DNA of 64,000 bases from an uncultured Acidobacteriota bacterium (GCA_963827655.1 CAWHCF010000047.1:32001-96000); one strand, 5' to 3'; shown: positions 1-10,186, counted from the first letter of the stretch. Translations and numbers: made by a program. Notes: generated from the sequence alone by a model not told the origin.

Positions 1-252
1 AACGGTTTCCAACCGGGTTCCCCACTGAGGCCGCGCCAGCGCCAGAACGCTGCTTGTGAAAAATCCGCAAAGAAGCAAGGCTCGCAAGACCGCTTTTGTG
101 CGGCTGAACCCCATGGTCAGCGGCGCGACCAGAGCCCGTCCAACGAGAAGTTCCAGCCTCTTTCGCTTTTGGCGAAAGGACCACGCGAAGAAAACCGCCA
201 ACACGGGAAGACCCCAGAGCAGATTCAGATACTCGGATCGAGCAAAATGCAT
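1..252 (-). CDS. VWA-domain protein, BatB-like (N-terminal part, runs off the window)
   Basis: Manual translation from ATG at 252: MHFARSEYLNLLWGLPVL...SVLALARPQWGTRLETV. The ALARPQWG motif and position after batA fit BatB. Confidence 0.8.
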   Translation of the reverse strand, partial: MHFARSEYLNLLWGLPVLAVFFAWSFRQKRKRLELLVGRALVAPLTMGFSRTKAVLRALLLCGFFTSSVLALARPQWGTRLETV

Positions 253-253
253 A

Positions 254-414
254 ACGATTGACGATTGACGATTGACGATTGACGATTTATTGACGATTGA
301 CGATTTAAATCGACTCATAGTTCCAATCGATCTATAGAATGTGCATAACACGATTGACGATTGACGATTTAAGTCGACGCCCAATCGTCAATCGTAAATC
401 GTCAATCGTCAATC
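254..414. repeat. Heptamer tandem array (GACGATT)n facing inverted (AATCGTC)n
   Basis: Directly visible: two forward blocks and one reverse block, with G/T variants (GACGATT/TACGATT). Confidence 0.95.
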
Positions 415-1410
415 CTACGGGATCTTCCGGAAACGCGTGAAGCCCGCAAGAGTCCCGATCAACGCCAGGCCGAAGCCAGGAAAGAGAAATTCAGCGAATC
501 TTTCGTTATAGTGCGTGTACGTCTTGACTTCGATTTTCGTCTTTTCTAGCCGGCCGATCTCGCTGAATATTTTCTCGAGCGAAGGCCGGTCGGTCGCGCG
601 GTAGTAAGTTCCGCCGGTTATTTCCGCGATCTTCGAGAGACTCTCCTCGTCAATCTCCACCGGAAGGTTCACGTACACTTGCCCGTAGTTGGGATCCTTC
701 ACCGGAAATCTCGCGGTTCCGCGGCTGCCGACTCCGACGCTGTAGATCTTTATCCCCAGGGATTGGGCAATTTTGGCGGCGTCGAAAGGTTGCACTTCAC
801 CGCGGTTGTTTACCCCGTCGGTGACCAGAATTACCAGGCGGCTTTTCGCCTTGCTGTCGCGCAGCCGGTTCAGACAGCTGGCAAGCGCATTGCCGATGGC
901 CGTCCCATCCTCAATGGTCCCCAGCTGGATACTGTCTACCACATTGAGCAAAGCACCGTAGTCCAGGGTCAGTGGGCAGCGGGTGAATGCCTTTCCGGCA
1001 AAAACCACCAATCCGACCCGGTCGTGCCGCAGGCCGCCAATGAATTGACTCACGACGTTCTTGGCCACCGTGAACCGATTGCGAGGAGCAAAGTCCTCTG
1101 CCGCCATGCTCCCGGACGCATCGAGTGCCACTATGATGTCGACCCCCTCGGTCAGGATTTCCTCTTCCTCGACTCCCTGCTGGGGTCGCGCAAAGGCGAT
1201 CACCCCCAGCGACAAGGCGAGCAACCTGAGACCAAAGAGAACGTGCATCGCGCGTACCGTCCATGGTGGCCGCGCTCCCTCGAGCAGGATGGTGGATGCG
1301 AAACGCAGGCTCCCTTCGCCCTCTTTCATCCGCTGCAGATGTCGCCACACTAATAAAGGGATGAGGAGCAGGAAAAGCAGGAACCAGGGATGGGCAAACT
1401 GTAACATCAT
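415..1410 (-). CDS. batA: VWA-domain protein, BatA-like
   Basis: N-terminal TM, FARPQ, MIDAS DASGSM, GTAIGNAL, TDG, C-terminal TM. Confidence 0.9.
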   Translation of the reverse strand: MMLQFAHPWFLLFLLLIPLLVWRHLQRMKEGEGSLRFASTILLEGARPPWTVRAMHVLFGLRLLALSLGVIAFARPQQGVEEEEILTEGVDIIVALDASGSMAAEDFAPRNRFTVAKNVVSQFIGGLRHDRVGLVVFAGKAFTRCPLTLDYGALLNVVDSIQLGTIEDGTAIGNALASCLNRLRDSKAKSRLVILVTDGVNNRGEVQPFDAAKIAQSLGIKIYSVGVGSRGTARFPVKDPNYGQVYVNLPVEIDEESLSKIAEITGGTYYRATDRPSLEKIFSEIGRLEKTKIEVKTYTHYNERFAEFLFPGFGLALIGTLAGFTRFRKIP

Positions 1411-2399
1411 GGAACTCCGGCTAAGGGTTCCGCAGCTGGAGCGGCCGGTAAAGCCCGGCTTCTCTTGCAGGCATCCAGGATCTGGAAGGCGTCCTTGACC
1501 GCATTTTCGGTCTCGGTCTTCGAGGGCACGTACTTGGCAAATTTTACCAGATCACAATGGATCAGCAGCGATTCGATGGAGTCAAGATCTTGGGTTGATG
1601 CCCCGGCGCGCTGCTCGCGTAAATTCTCCATCACTTCGGGTGTCGTTTTCTCCAGAGTATGGATGCCGTAGCCAGATTCGAGAATCTTCTTCACTATGTC
1701 GGACAGGGCCACGTAGAATTGCTTCACAAACCCATTCTCCAGCCACCGTCGAGCAAGCAGGTCATGCAGATCCGCTTCGGCAGAAGCAAGCGGATCAACG
1801 AGAAGCTGTTCCGGAACCGGGAGAGCCGGCCGCCGGCGCCGTTGCCACCACCACCAGACTCCCGCAGCTACAGCGAGCAGGACCAACAGGACTGCCAGCC
1901 AGAGAATCCAGTTCACCGGGTCCGGAATCTCGGCTTGCTTTTTTAGATCCTTGAGATTCTGCTCCTTCTCGCTCAGGACGCTCTGGATGTGAATTTTGAG
2001 CGACTGCGTGGCCGCGACCGTTTCTTTTCCCTCCGGGCTGCGCAGGCTCAACTGCAGCGGAGGAAACTCGAACTCGCCGACCTTGTACAGCGCCACCGTG
2101 GCTCTTTTCCGGTGGCGAATACGTCCATCGGCTGGCGGTTTTTCTTTTTTATTCTCCCCTTCAGATACGGTCACATCGGCAAAGGGTTCGAGAATTGTGA
2201 ACTCGGCGGTCGGGCTCTCGAGCATGGGAAGACGAAACTGGTAGCTCTGCGGCAAGGTGAGCTCCAGGTCGATGCGAATAGGATCCCCGACCAAGGCCTT
2301 CCGCGGTTGAGCCTCGATTTTGATCTCTACACCGGGCGGGAGTTGTGGCGACTGGAGCAGCCACAAGAACGCAGAGACGCAAAGAAATGAAGTACCCAC
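1407..2399 (-). CDS. Single-TM protein of moxR/bat operons (BatD/DUF4381-like)
   Basis: Likely GTG start at 2399, Ig-like region, TM, DLVKFAKY motif; lies between DUF58 and batA. Confidence 0.7.
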   Translation of the reverse strand: MGTSFLCVSAFLWLLQSPQLPPGVEIKIEAQPRKALVGDPIRIDLELTLPQSYQFRLPMLESPTAEFTILEPFADVTVSEGENKKEKPPADGRIRHRKRATVALYKVGEFEFPPLQLSLRSPEGKETVAATQSLKIHIQSVLSEKEQNLKDLKKQAEIPDPVNWILWLAVLLVLLAVAAGVWWWWQRRRRPALPVPEQLLVDPLASAEADLHDLLARRWLENGFVKQFYVALSDIVKKILESGYGIHTLEKTTPEVMENLREQRAGASTQDLDSIESLLIHCDLVKFAKYVPSKTETENAVKDAFQILDACKRSRALPAAPAAEPLAGVP

Positions 2400-2400
2400 G

Positions 2401-3279
2401 CTACCTCGAGCGCCGCGCTCGTTCCTCGAAAAACCGGACCAGCGGGACATCATAGGGCTGAGCGGTATCAATCATGACGCTGTCAATCTGGTGCGATCGA
2501 AACAGCTTTTGCTGTTTGGCGCGATTCCGCTCCCAGTTGTGCCGGTAAGCCGCCCGCACGTAAGGAAGTGAAGTGTCCACGCAGCTAATCTCCCCGGTCT
2601 CGGCATCGCGAATCTCTATGATTCCCACATCGGGCAGCTCTTGTTCCCGTGGGTCAACGATCTGAATGATCACGACATCATGCCTCCGGTTGGCTACCTT
2701 CAGCGCCTGCTCATACCCTTGATCGAGCAGATCGGAAATCAGGAAGACAACCGCCTGCTTGCGCAGTACGAGGTTCAGGTGCTCCAGGGCGCTCTGTATC
2801 CGAGTTCCGGGATGTTCCGGCTGATAGACAAGCAATTCCCGAATTACACGGAGAACGTGCGTAGCCCCCCGTCGCGGAGGTATGAATTTTTCCACCTGAT
2901 CGGTGAAGAGAATGGCTCCCACGCGATCATTGTTTTTTATGGCCGAGAAAGCCAGCAGAGCGGAAATCTCGGCCGCGATCTCGGCTTTCATCTTGCCGCT
3001 CGATCCGAAAAGGCCTGATGCGCTGGCGTCAACCAGGAGCATTACAGTCAACTCTCGTTCTTCGACGTAACGCTTCACGAAAGGATGCCCCATCCGTGAG
3101 GTCACGTTCCAGTCGATTGTTCGAACATCATCGCCGTGCTGATACTCTCGAACCTCTTCGAATTCCATCCCGCGTCCCTTAAAGACCGAATGGTATTCTC
3201 CGGCGAGAGATTCATTGACCAACCGGTTGGTTGTAATCTCAATGCGCCGGATCTTCCGGATAATCTCCCCGGGCAGCAT
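2401..3279 (-). CDS. DUF58 family protein
   Basis: GRGMEFEEVREYQHGDDVRTIDWNVTSR motif, downstream of moxR. Confidence 0.92.
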   Translation of the reverse strand: MLPGEIIRKIRRIEITTNRLVNESLAGEYHSVFKGRGMEFEEVREYQHGDDVRTIDWNVTSRMGHPFVKRYVEERELTVMLLVDASASGLFGSSGKMKAEIAAEISALLAFSAIKNNDRVGAILFTDQVEKFIPPRRGATHVLRVIRELLVYQPEHPGTRIQSALEHLNLVLRKQAVVFLISDLLDQGYEQALKVANRRHDVVIIQIVDPREQELPDVGIIEIRDAETGEISCVDTSLPYVRAAYRHNWERNRAKQQKLFRSHQIDSVMIDTAQPYDVPLVRFFEERARRSR

Positions 3280-3330
3280 CTAGCACCAGCCTGTGACGAT
3301 GTTAGCTTGGCGTCCTAGCGGTTGATTTTT

Positions 3331-4323
3331 CTACGGAACCTGCACGGCGTCGAAGATTCGGCTGATCACCGACTCTGTGGTAACTTCTTCGGCTTCCGCT
3401 TCGTAAGTCAATATGATTCGATGTCTGAGGACGTCGAGACCAATGGCTTTGACATCTTCAGGAGTCACGTAGCCACGTCCCTTGACGAAAGCGTGCGCGC
3501 GCGATCCCTGCGCCAGGTAGATGGTGGCCCGGGGCGACGCTCCGAACTGGATCAAGCCTTTCAGATCCAGTTTGAAGTCCTCGGGCTTGCGGGTGGCGAA
3601 GACCAGCTGCACGATGTAATCCTTGATCCGCTCGTCGATGTAGACGTCCTTGACCACCTCTCGCACGCGAAGAATTTCGAGCGGCGTCACTATTTTATTC
3701 ACGATCACGGGATCATCGCGTGACATGAGATCAAGGATCTGTCGTTCTTCCTTGATGTCAGGGTAATCAATCTTGAGCTTGAGCATGAATCGGTCGATCT
3801 GAGCCTCCGGCAGAGGATAGGTCCCCTCTTGCTCAATCGGATTCTGCGTGGCGAGCACGACGAATGGTTCCTCGAGCGGATAGGTGCTGTCGCCGATCGT
3901 GACCTGGCGCTCCTGCATGGCTTCGAGTAATGCGCTCTGGACCTTGGCCGGCGCCCGATTAATCTCGTCCGCCAGGATGACGTTGGCGAAGATGGGTCCC
4001 TTCCTGGGCGAAAACGTCCCGTCTTTCTGGTTAAAGATCATGGTGCCGATGAGGTCGGCAGGAAGGAGATCGGGCGTGAATTGAATACGCTGGAACCTTG
4101 TGTCTACGGCAGCAGCGAGCGTTTTGACCGCGAGCGTCTTGGCCAGTCCCGGAACGCCTTCGAGCAGGATGTGGCCTCGCGAAAGCAGCCCGATGAGGAG
4201 CCGCTCCACCATGTACTTCTGTCCCACGATGACTCGATGGACCTCACTAATGAGCCGCTCGACAAAAATACCTTCGTCTCTGACCTTCTGGTTTATTTCC
4301 TGAATGTGGGCGGCAAGCTCCAT
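3331..4323 (-). CDS. moxR: MoxR family AAA+ ATPase
   Basis: GVPGLAKT, RIQFTPDLLPAD, DEINRAPAKVQSALLEAM, TQNPIEQEGTYPLPEAQ. Confidence 0.95.
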   Translation of the reverse strand: MELAAHIQEINQKVRDEGIFVERLISEVHRVIVGQKYMVERLLIGLLSRGHILLEGVPGLAKTLAVKTLAAAVDTRFQRIQFTPDLLPADLIGTMIFNQKDGTFSPRKGPIFANVILADEINRAPAKVQSALLEAMQERQVTIGDSTYPLEEPFVVLATQNPIEQEGTYPLPEAQIDRFMLKLKIDYPDIKEERQILDLMSRDDPVIVNKIVTPLEILRVREVVKDVYIDERIKDYIVQLVFATRKPEDFKLDLKGLIQFGASPRATIYLAQGSRAHAFVKGRGYVTPEDVKAIGLDVLRHRIILTYEAEAEEVTTESVISRIFDAVQVP

Positions 4324-4365
4324 ACGCCTTCTCTTTGTCTAAATGTGGGTGTAAAGCCGCGAATT

Positions 4366-4731
4366 CTATTTCGGTTCCAGCGGATACCCGGCTTCTTTCC
4401 AGGCATTGAATCCCCCGTAGAGGGGATGAGCGTTCCTGAAGCCACGAGCTGCGAGTTCCTCCGCCACACGGGCGCTCGATACCTCATGCGGTCCGGCGCA
4501 GTAGATGACAATCGGCTGATCCTGCGGAAGCTCCCGAACATATTTTTCGACCTGGTCGGGAGGCAAGCGAATGGCGCCGGGAAGCTTGGCGTCCGATTCC
4601 TCCCAGGCCTGGGCGCTGCGCGCGTCCACAAAAACCAGAGGCTCGTCCCGATCCAGCCTTCCCTTCGCATCATCGACCGTGATCTTGGTAGGCTCGGTAA
4701 AATCCGTCTTGTCGTGTTGCATGGTTTTCAT
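4366..4731 (-). CDS. Rhodanese-like domain protein
   Basis: FVDARS, LPGA, IVIYCAG, LYGGFNAWKEAGYP; start at MKTMQ. Confidence 0.85.
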   Translation of the reverse strand: MKTMQHDKTDFTEPTKITVDDAKGRLDRDEPLVFVDARSAQAWEESDAKLPGAIRLPPDQVEKYVRELPQDQPIVIYCAGPHEVSSARVAEELAARGFRNAHPLYGGFNAWKEAGYPLEPK

Positions 4732-4888
4732 CTCACCGAAAAGTATAGCGCCCCGGAGGGCAATCGGCATTATTGGACACACTTCCTTCGGATTTTTTCA
4801 AAGAATTTTTGCCTGGCAGTACGGCAGCAGGAAAAAGACCAACCTCTAAGACGCAAAGACTCGAAGAAACGCGAAAGGGATACGCCGA

Positions 4889-5033
4889 TCACTGATGGAC
4901 TGGTTCAAGGTCGCGAACCCTGGGCAGCACCTCTTGCTCGTAGAATCGCAGACACCATGGTTCCGAGGCCCATCCGCTCTGTGGCCTGCGCTATAGCGCC
5001 AATCACATTCCAGCCAAAGGGACTATGACCCTG
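4889..5033 (-). pseudogene. Relic of an LLM-class (F420-dependent type) oxidoreductase with a large internal deletion
   Basis: Manual translation: QGHSPFGWNVIGAIAQATERMGLGTMV joined out of frame to C-terminal LRFYEQEVLPRVRDLEPVHQ*. Family call is from motif recall. Confidence 0.6.
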
Positions 5034-5043
5034 ACGGTCTCCA

Positions 5044-6175
5044 TCACATGTTTAATTCAGCGCGCGCTTGAAGGAGCCGAAGGACATGGCTGCGTGAAAT
5101 GACTCCTTCCAGACGATGATCTGTGACGACCGGCAACTGGTTGATATCGTCGCGGCCCATCGACTCCAGAGCGTCGGCGACCGGGGTGCTCCGGATCAAC
5201 CGTGTGTAGCTTGTCGAGCGGGCGCATGATGTCGCCGACCGTCGTGTACGGCCACCTGTTTCGCGGGACTTCCTTAACTTCATGAGGCGTGACGAGACCG
5301 GCTATGTGGCCATTCTCCACGACGAAAAAACAGCGCCGTCCGGTTCGCAGCAGATAGTCGTCTGCGAAGGTCTGGAGGTTAAAGTGACGGTCCACAGTCG
5401 GGCATTCGCGAGTCATGATGTCGCCCACACGAATGCCTCGCAGATCCTCGGCCACTCTGACGCGCGTGTGGCTCTCGCGCGCCGCGACCAGGAGAAACCA
5501 GCCGATAAACGCAAGCCACAGCCCTCCCAGGCCCGCGCCGGTAAAGAAACGAAAGAATCCTGACACGATGAATCCGAACGCGATGAGCTGCCCGACGCGC
5601 GCCGCGATCCGGGTCGCCCGGCTCGGATCTTTGGTATTCCACCAAATGATCGCGCGCAACACACGCCCCCCGTCGAGCGGAAAACCAGGAATCATGTTAA
5701 ATCCAGCCAGCGTGATATTAATGTAGCCGAGCCAGACCGCCATCGCCAGCAGTTGGGTTCCTGGAGCGGCGCCGGGGGACCAGCCAAGCGCCCAGGCAAC
5801 TCCGAGGCACACAACCCCAATCACGGCGCTCGTGATCGGACCAACGATCCCCATCCAAAACTCTGTTTTCGGGTCCGGCGCCTCTCTTTCGATCTGGGCC
5901 ACACCTCCGAGGGCGAACAAAGTTATAGATCGAACCGGTAACCCGCGAGCTCTGGCGACCGCCGCATGAGAAAGCTCATGCACGACAATGGAAGCGAAGA
6001 ACAGGAGCGAAGTCGTTATCGCCAGAACCCAGATGGAGACGCTCCCCCAGTGCGCGTTCGTCGCGCTGAAGTGCCCTGCCAGTGAAAGAGTAATCAGCAG
6101 CGCGATTAGCAGCCAGCTGTAGTGAAGTCCAAGTTTGACTCCGAAGATTCGACCCAGTTTGATTTGTGCTTCCAT
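5044..6175 (-). CDS. Site-2 (M50) zinc metalloprotease with C-terminal CBS pair; frameshift near 5190
   Basis: HELSH and [11 protein letters not shown] motifs. The second CBS domain continues in ORF 5044..5283 ([10 protein letters not shown]...INQLPVV). Confidence 0.9.
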
Positions 6176-6206
6176 AGTTCTTTCCCTTCGTCACGCCCGT
6201 AGGAGA

Positions 6207-6221
6207 GCAAATTGCAGACCA
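6207..6221 (-). promoter_or_regulatory. Possible sigma-54 promoter for the M50-CBS gene
   Basis: TGGTCTGCAATTTGC (GG-N10-GC) about 30 nt upstream of the ATG. Confidence 0.45.
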
Positions 6222-6234
6222 AGCTGAGCAAGTG

Positions 6235-6306
6235 TTCGTGTCTTCGCAGTTAGCGCCCGGCAGAACAAATACCGCAAAGACCCAAGACGCCAGGAAACAC
6301 CAAGAA
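6235..6306. repeat. ~9-nt-periodic imperfect palindromic element
   Basis: TTCGTGTCTTCGCAGTTAGCGC...GAACAAATACCGCAAAGACCCAAGACGCCAGGAAACACCAAG; homologous to the reverse complement of 19480-19561. Confidence 0.75.
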
Positions 6307-6415
6307 TCGTGGGATCACCCCGCTGTGCCGGGAAGAATTCCTCGATTCCTCTAGTCGTTCTCGTCGACGAGTTCGGATAACACCCGTATGGAACCAATTA
6401 GCGGCCTACGTCCGT

Positions 6416-6430
6416 TGGCACGGATTCTGC
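6416..6430 (+). promoter_or_regulatory. Sigma-54 promoter for degP-hsp20-PRT
   Basis: TGGCACGGATTCTGC matches TGGCAC-N5-YTGC. Confidence 0.6.
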
Positions 6431-6538
6431 GTGATTGGTCTTGTTGGGTCTTCCGGTTGACCTTCGACGGGGCGTCGAATCTCAAAGAGGGTAAACACCA
6501 TGGATGCGAGATCAAACACTCTAAATGCGGATATCACA

Positions 6539-8017
6539 ATGCATTCGCCATCGAAAATGAAGGTCGGGGTGGGACTTGGAATCCTGGTGTTGGCGCTGGC
6601 TGCCCTGGCCGTAGAGATGAAGTTCGACACGGTACGAAATCTCGTTTCGGGTCCGGCACCTGGTTCCACTTCGCCGCCCCAGCCTGAAAGAACATCCGGA
6701 AAGCCGGCGCTGGTCGATCTGAGCAAGGGTTTCGCAGCGGTGTCGAAGCAAGTCGAAGGCGCCGTCGTTAACGTCAGTTCGGAACAGGTGGTCCAGACCT
6801 CTCCGCAGGAAGACATGTTTCGGCGATTCTTCGGGGATCAAGGTCCTTTTGGCAACGTTCCCAGAAACCGGAGGGAGAACAGTCTTGGTTCGGGCGTTAT
6901 CGTCGACGCCGCGGGTTATGTCCTGACTAATAACCACGTGGTCGATCGCGGGAGCAGGATCAAAGTAAAGCTGCACGACGGAAGGCAGATAAGCGCCACC
7001 GTGGTCGGGAAAGATGCGGCGACTGACCTGGCGGTGTTGAAGATTGACGCCTCCAATCTCCACGCCCTTCGCCTGGGTGATTCCAGCAAAGTAGAAGTCG
7101 GCGATTGGGTCCTGGCATTCGGGAGCCCATTTGGCCTGGAGAAAACAATGACGGCGGGAATCGTGAGCGCGAAGGGGCGTGTCATCGGAGCGAGCGCCTA
7201 CGACGATTTCCTTCAAACGGATGCTGCGATTAACCCCGGCAACAGCGGCGGACCGTTAGTGAATCTGGCCGGCGAAGTGGTCGGCATCAACACGGTTATT
7301 TTCAGCCGGAGCGGCGGCTTCGAAGGGGTTGGCTTCGCCATTCCTTCCGACCTGGCCCAAAGTGTTTACGGGCAGCTGGCGAAGAGCGGCAAGGTTACCC
7401 GCGGATGGCTTGGCGTGGACGTCCAGGAACTGACTCCTGAACTGGCGAAGAGTTTCAATCTGCGGGAGAAGAAGGGTGTGCTGGTATCCGAGGTTGAGCC
7501 CGGCAGTCCGGCCGCCAAAGCGGGAGTCAAGTCCGGCGACATCCTTCTCGAATACAACGGCAGGCCCGTCAATAGCTACAAGGATTTGTCCCTTGCGGTC
7601 GCCGAAAGCAAAGTCGGCGTTTCTTCGAAACTGAAGCTGCTGCGGCAGGGCCAGGAGGTCGCGCTGGATGTGAAGGTCGGGGAGCGTCCGGAACAGCGAA
7701 GCGAAGCTTCCGTGCCGCCGGCATCCGAGGAGCAAGGAAGGCTTGGGGTCACGGTCGCAGATATCACGCCGGAAGTAGCGCGCCAGTTAGGCGTCTCGAG
7801 CACCGAAGGCGCCCTGGTGATGGAAGTGCGGCCAGGAACTCCGGCGGATGAAGGAGGTGTCCGCCCCGGGGATGTCATCCGCGAGATCAATCGAAATCCG
7901 GTAAAGGGCGCGGGAGAATTGGTCAGCGCCGCACGGAATCTGAAGCGTGGGAGCACCGTGATGCTGAAGCTCGAACGTGAAGGCAGAGCACGGTTCGTAG
8001 CTTTTGAGGTCTCATAA
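6539..8017 (+). CDS. degP: HtrA/DegP (Do/DeqQ) serine endoprotease with two PDZ domains
   Basis: TNNHVV, DLAVLKI, TDAAINPGNSGGPL, two PDZ domains, N-terminal TM. Start is 6500 or 6539. Confidence 0.93.
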   Translation: MHSPSKMKVGVGLGILVLALAALAVEMKFDTVRNLVSGPAPGSTSPPQPERTSGKPALVDLSKGFAAVSKQVEGAVVNVSSEQVVQTSPQEDMFRRFFGDQGPFGNVPRNRRENSLGSGVIVDAAGYVLTNNHVVDRGSRIKVKLHDGRQISATVVGKDAATDLAVLKIDASNLHALRLGDSSKVEVGDWVLAFGSPFGLEKTMTAGIVSAKGRVIGASAYDDFLQTDAAINPGNSGGPLVNLAGEVVGINTVIFSRSGGFEGVGFAIPSDLAQSVYGQLAKSGKVTRGWLGVDVQELTPELAKSFNLREKKGVLVSEVEPGSPAAKAGVKSGDILLEYNGRPVNSYKDLSLAVAESKVGVSSKLKLLRQGQEVALDVKVGERPEQRSEASVPPASEEQGRLGVTVADITPEVARQLGVSSTEGALVMEVRPGTPADEGGVRPGDVIREINRNPVKGAGELVSAARNLKRGSTVMLKLEREGRARFVAFEVS

Positions 8018-8093
8018 AGCCACTCGCCCTCGCGTCTCTGCCCCGCACCTCCCTCCACAGGCGCGAAGGCGAAGTAAAAGAAAGGAGAAAGCA

Positions 8094-8699
8094 ATGTCTA
8101 AGACAAAGTCAACGCCGGAAGCAACTTCACAGCAAAGATCCGACGAAGAGGGGATCGAGCGCAGAAATCCCTACGGTTTGTCGCAATCGGACTGGAGTCC
8201 ATTCTCTTTCATGCGGCGTTTTTCTGAAGAAATGGACCGGATCTTCGAGGACTTCGGCTACGGTCGAAGCCGGCCCAGTCTCTGGAGCTCGGGTTTCGGC
8301 GGTGGCCTCACGCCGCGCAGCGAATTCGGGCGGACTATCTGGTCGCCGCAGATTGAGATGTTCGAGCGAGGCAACCAGCTTGTGGTTCGTGCCGACCTGC
8401 CCGGCTTGAAAAAGGATGATATCAAGCTCGAGGTGGCCGATAACTGTTTAACGGTCGAGGGGGAGCGGCGCTACGAGCAAGAAGAGAAGCAAGAGAATCG
8501 CTACCATAGCGAACGCAGCTATGGACGCTTCTATCGTTGCATCGAGCTGCCCAAAGGAGTCGACCCGGGTAGCGTTAACGCCACGTTCCACGATGGAGTG
8601 CTCGAAGTGACTATGCCCAAGCCCCCGAGCGAGTCTTCGGGCGGGCGCAGGATTGAGATTCAGGAGAGCGCCGCTTCCAAGACTGCCGAGAAGAAATGA
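8094..8699 (+). CDS. Hsp20/alpha-crystallin small heat-shock protein
   Basis: ADLPGL, ERSYGRFYRCIELP, ATFHDGVLEV; RBS AAGGAG. Confidence 0.92.
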   Translation: MSKTKSTPEATSQQRSDEEGIERRNPYGLSQSDWSPFSFMRRFSEEMDRIFEDFGYGRSRPSLWSSGFGGGLTPRSEFGRTIWSPQIEMFERGNQLVVRADLPGLKKDDIKLEVADNCLTVEGERRYEQEEKQENRYHSERSYGRFYRCIELPKGVDPGSVNATFHDGVLEVTMPKPPSESSGGRRIEIQESAASKTAEKK

Positions 8700-9364
8700 G
8701 TAGACGATTTCGCGACCGGACCGATGCCGGTCGCGCGCTGGGAGTCCGGCTCGCCGCGTACGCCCACAGGCCTGACGTATCAGTCCTCGCACTTCCGCGC
8801 GGCGGAGTCCCGGTAGCGTTCGAAATTGCCAAGGCTCTTCAAGCGCCCCTGGACGTTTTCCTCGTGCGAAAACTGGGGGTCCCCGGACGCGAAGAGCTGG
8901 CGATGGGTGCGATAGCGACGGGCGGTGTGCGAGTCCTGAACCAGGAAATAGTTCGGGGCTTTCACATCCCCGATCACCTGATTGAGCGCGTCTCGCGAGA
9001 TGAAGAACTTGAACTCAACCGGCGCGAACGGGCTTACCGTGGCGACCGGCCGCCCCTGGAGGTGGCCGGTCGCGCGGCTATCGTAGTGGACGATGGTCTC
9101 GCGACCGGCTCCAGCATGCGCGCTGCAACCGTCGCCCTGCGAAAACTCGAGCCGGCGCGCATCGTGGTGGCGGTTCCCGTGGCGGCGCCAGAAATCTGCA
9201 GCGAGCTTCAAACCGAGGTGGACGAGATGGTCTGTGCCCGCACTCCGGACCCATTCTACGCCGTGGGCTTGTGGTACGAAGAGTTCGATCAAACGACGGA
9301 CGACGAAGTACGCGATCTGCTCGAGCGAGCGTCGAAGGAAATATCAGCGGTACCCACTCATTGA
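8696..9364 (+). CDS. Phosphoribosyltransferase family protein
   Basis: FRDRTDAG, LALPRGGVPVA, VVDDGLATGSSM. Confidence 0.9.
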   Translation: MSRRFRDRTDAGRALGVRLAAYAHRPDVSVLALPRGGVPVAFEIAKALQAPLDVFLVRKLGVPGREELAMGAIATGGVRVLNQEIVRGFHIPDHLIERVSRDEELELNRRERAYRGDRPPLEVAGRAAIVVDDGLATGSSMRAATVALRKLEPARIVVAVPVAAPEICSELQTEVDEMVCARTPDPFYAVGLWYEEFDQTTDDEVRDLLERASKEISAVPTH

Positions 9365-9453
9365 CTAACCTTTGAGTCAACGGGCAGGGGGACGCACGAC
9401 GCACAGGTCTGACGAAGATCTTCGCAAAACCAGCTGTCCCACGTCAGCATCTT

Positions 9454-9497
9454 GTGGCGACGGGCCAAATCTGACTGTGCCTTCAGCCCGTCGCCAC
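9454..9497. repeat. REP-like hairpin
   Basis: GTGGCGACGGGC ... GCCCGTCGCCAC, a perfect 12-bp inverted repeat. Confidence 0.6.
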
Positions 9498-9640
9498 CAG
9501 GGCAAGTTGACCGAAGTCGTTCCGAGTAGGCTTGACGCGTGAAATCCTGATTAGCTCCCGCTGTGCCGCGCCTTGGGTGCTCGTTCTCTCAGGCATAAAC
9601 TCTTTCCCGGCCTTGACGGCCTAGCCATTTCCCGGGCGCT

Positions 9641-9720
9641 GGCAGCAAGCTGCCGCAGCACAAGGTGCAAGCAAGCTTAAGCAAGCTTGCGCACTCCAAA
9701 GGAGCGCCTATCGGAGTGCG
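9641..9720. repeat. REP-like element, copy 1
   Basis: GGCAGCAAGCTGCCGCAGCACAAGGTGCAAGCAAGCTT...GCACTCCAAA; near-identical copy at 55147-55198. Confidence 0.8.
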
Positions 9721-9744
9721 GTGCTGGCTTCGCCAACCATCCAG

Positions 9745-10152
9745 TCAGCGATGGGGTCGCTTTCGACGGCGCGCGGCCTGCCGCGCCTGGCGCGCGAGAG
9801 CTGTTCTCGAAGCTGCGCCGCGCCCCTCGCGCTTCAGTGCCCGCAAAGTAGCGCGTGAGCGCTTTCGTGAGGGCCTCGACTTGCGCGTGCCTTGTCCCGC
9901 ACGATAGGCGCGGACTGCGCTGCGCCGCGTTCTTTCCGGGACGCTCCCCTTCCTGGGCGGTTTCAGCTTGACTCCGGCCTTTCGCGCCTTCGACAAGCCG
10001 ATAGCAATGGCCTGCTTGGTCGATCGAACGCCGTGCTTCCCGCTTCGAACGTGGTGGATCTCCTCACGCACGAACTCGCCCGCCTGGGTTGAAGGCGACT
10101 TCCCTTCGCGTTTTGCTTTCCGAGCGCGTTCCATGGTTTTCTTTTCCGGCAT
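9745..10152 (-). CDS. Small basic DUF6496-like putative DNA-binding protein
   Basis: MPEKKTMERAR...GKSPSTQAGEFVREEIHH...KQAIAIGLSKARKAG; RBS GGAAGGGGAG. Confidence 0.8.
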   Translation of the reverse strand: MPEKKTMERARKAKREGKSPSTQAGEFVREEIHHVRSGKHGVRSTKQAIAIGLSKARKAGVKLKPPRKGSVPERTRRSAVRAYRAGQGTRKSRPSRKRSRATLRALKREGRGAASRTALARQARQAARRRKRPHR

Positions 10153-10186
10153 GTTTCTCCCCTTCCTGCTTGCTCGTGGTTTTCTC

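Noticed and set aside
56-268. Plus-strand 70-aa ORF
   Set aside because: Antisense shadow of batB that ends in the repeat.
254-414. CRISPR array
   Set aside because: Units are 7-bp tandem repeats without unique spacers, and there are no cas genes in the window.
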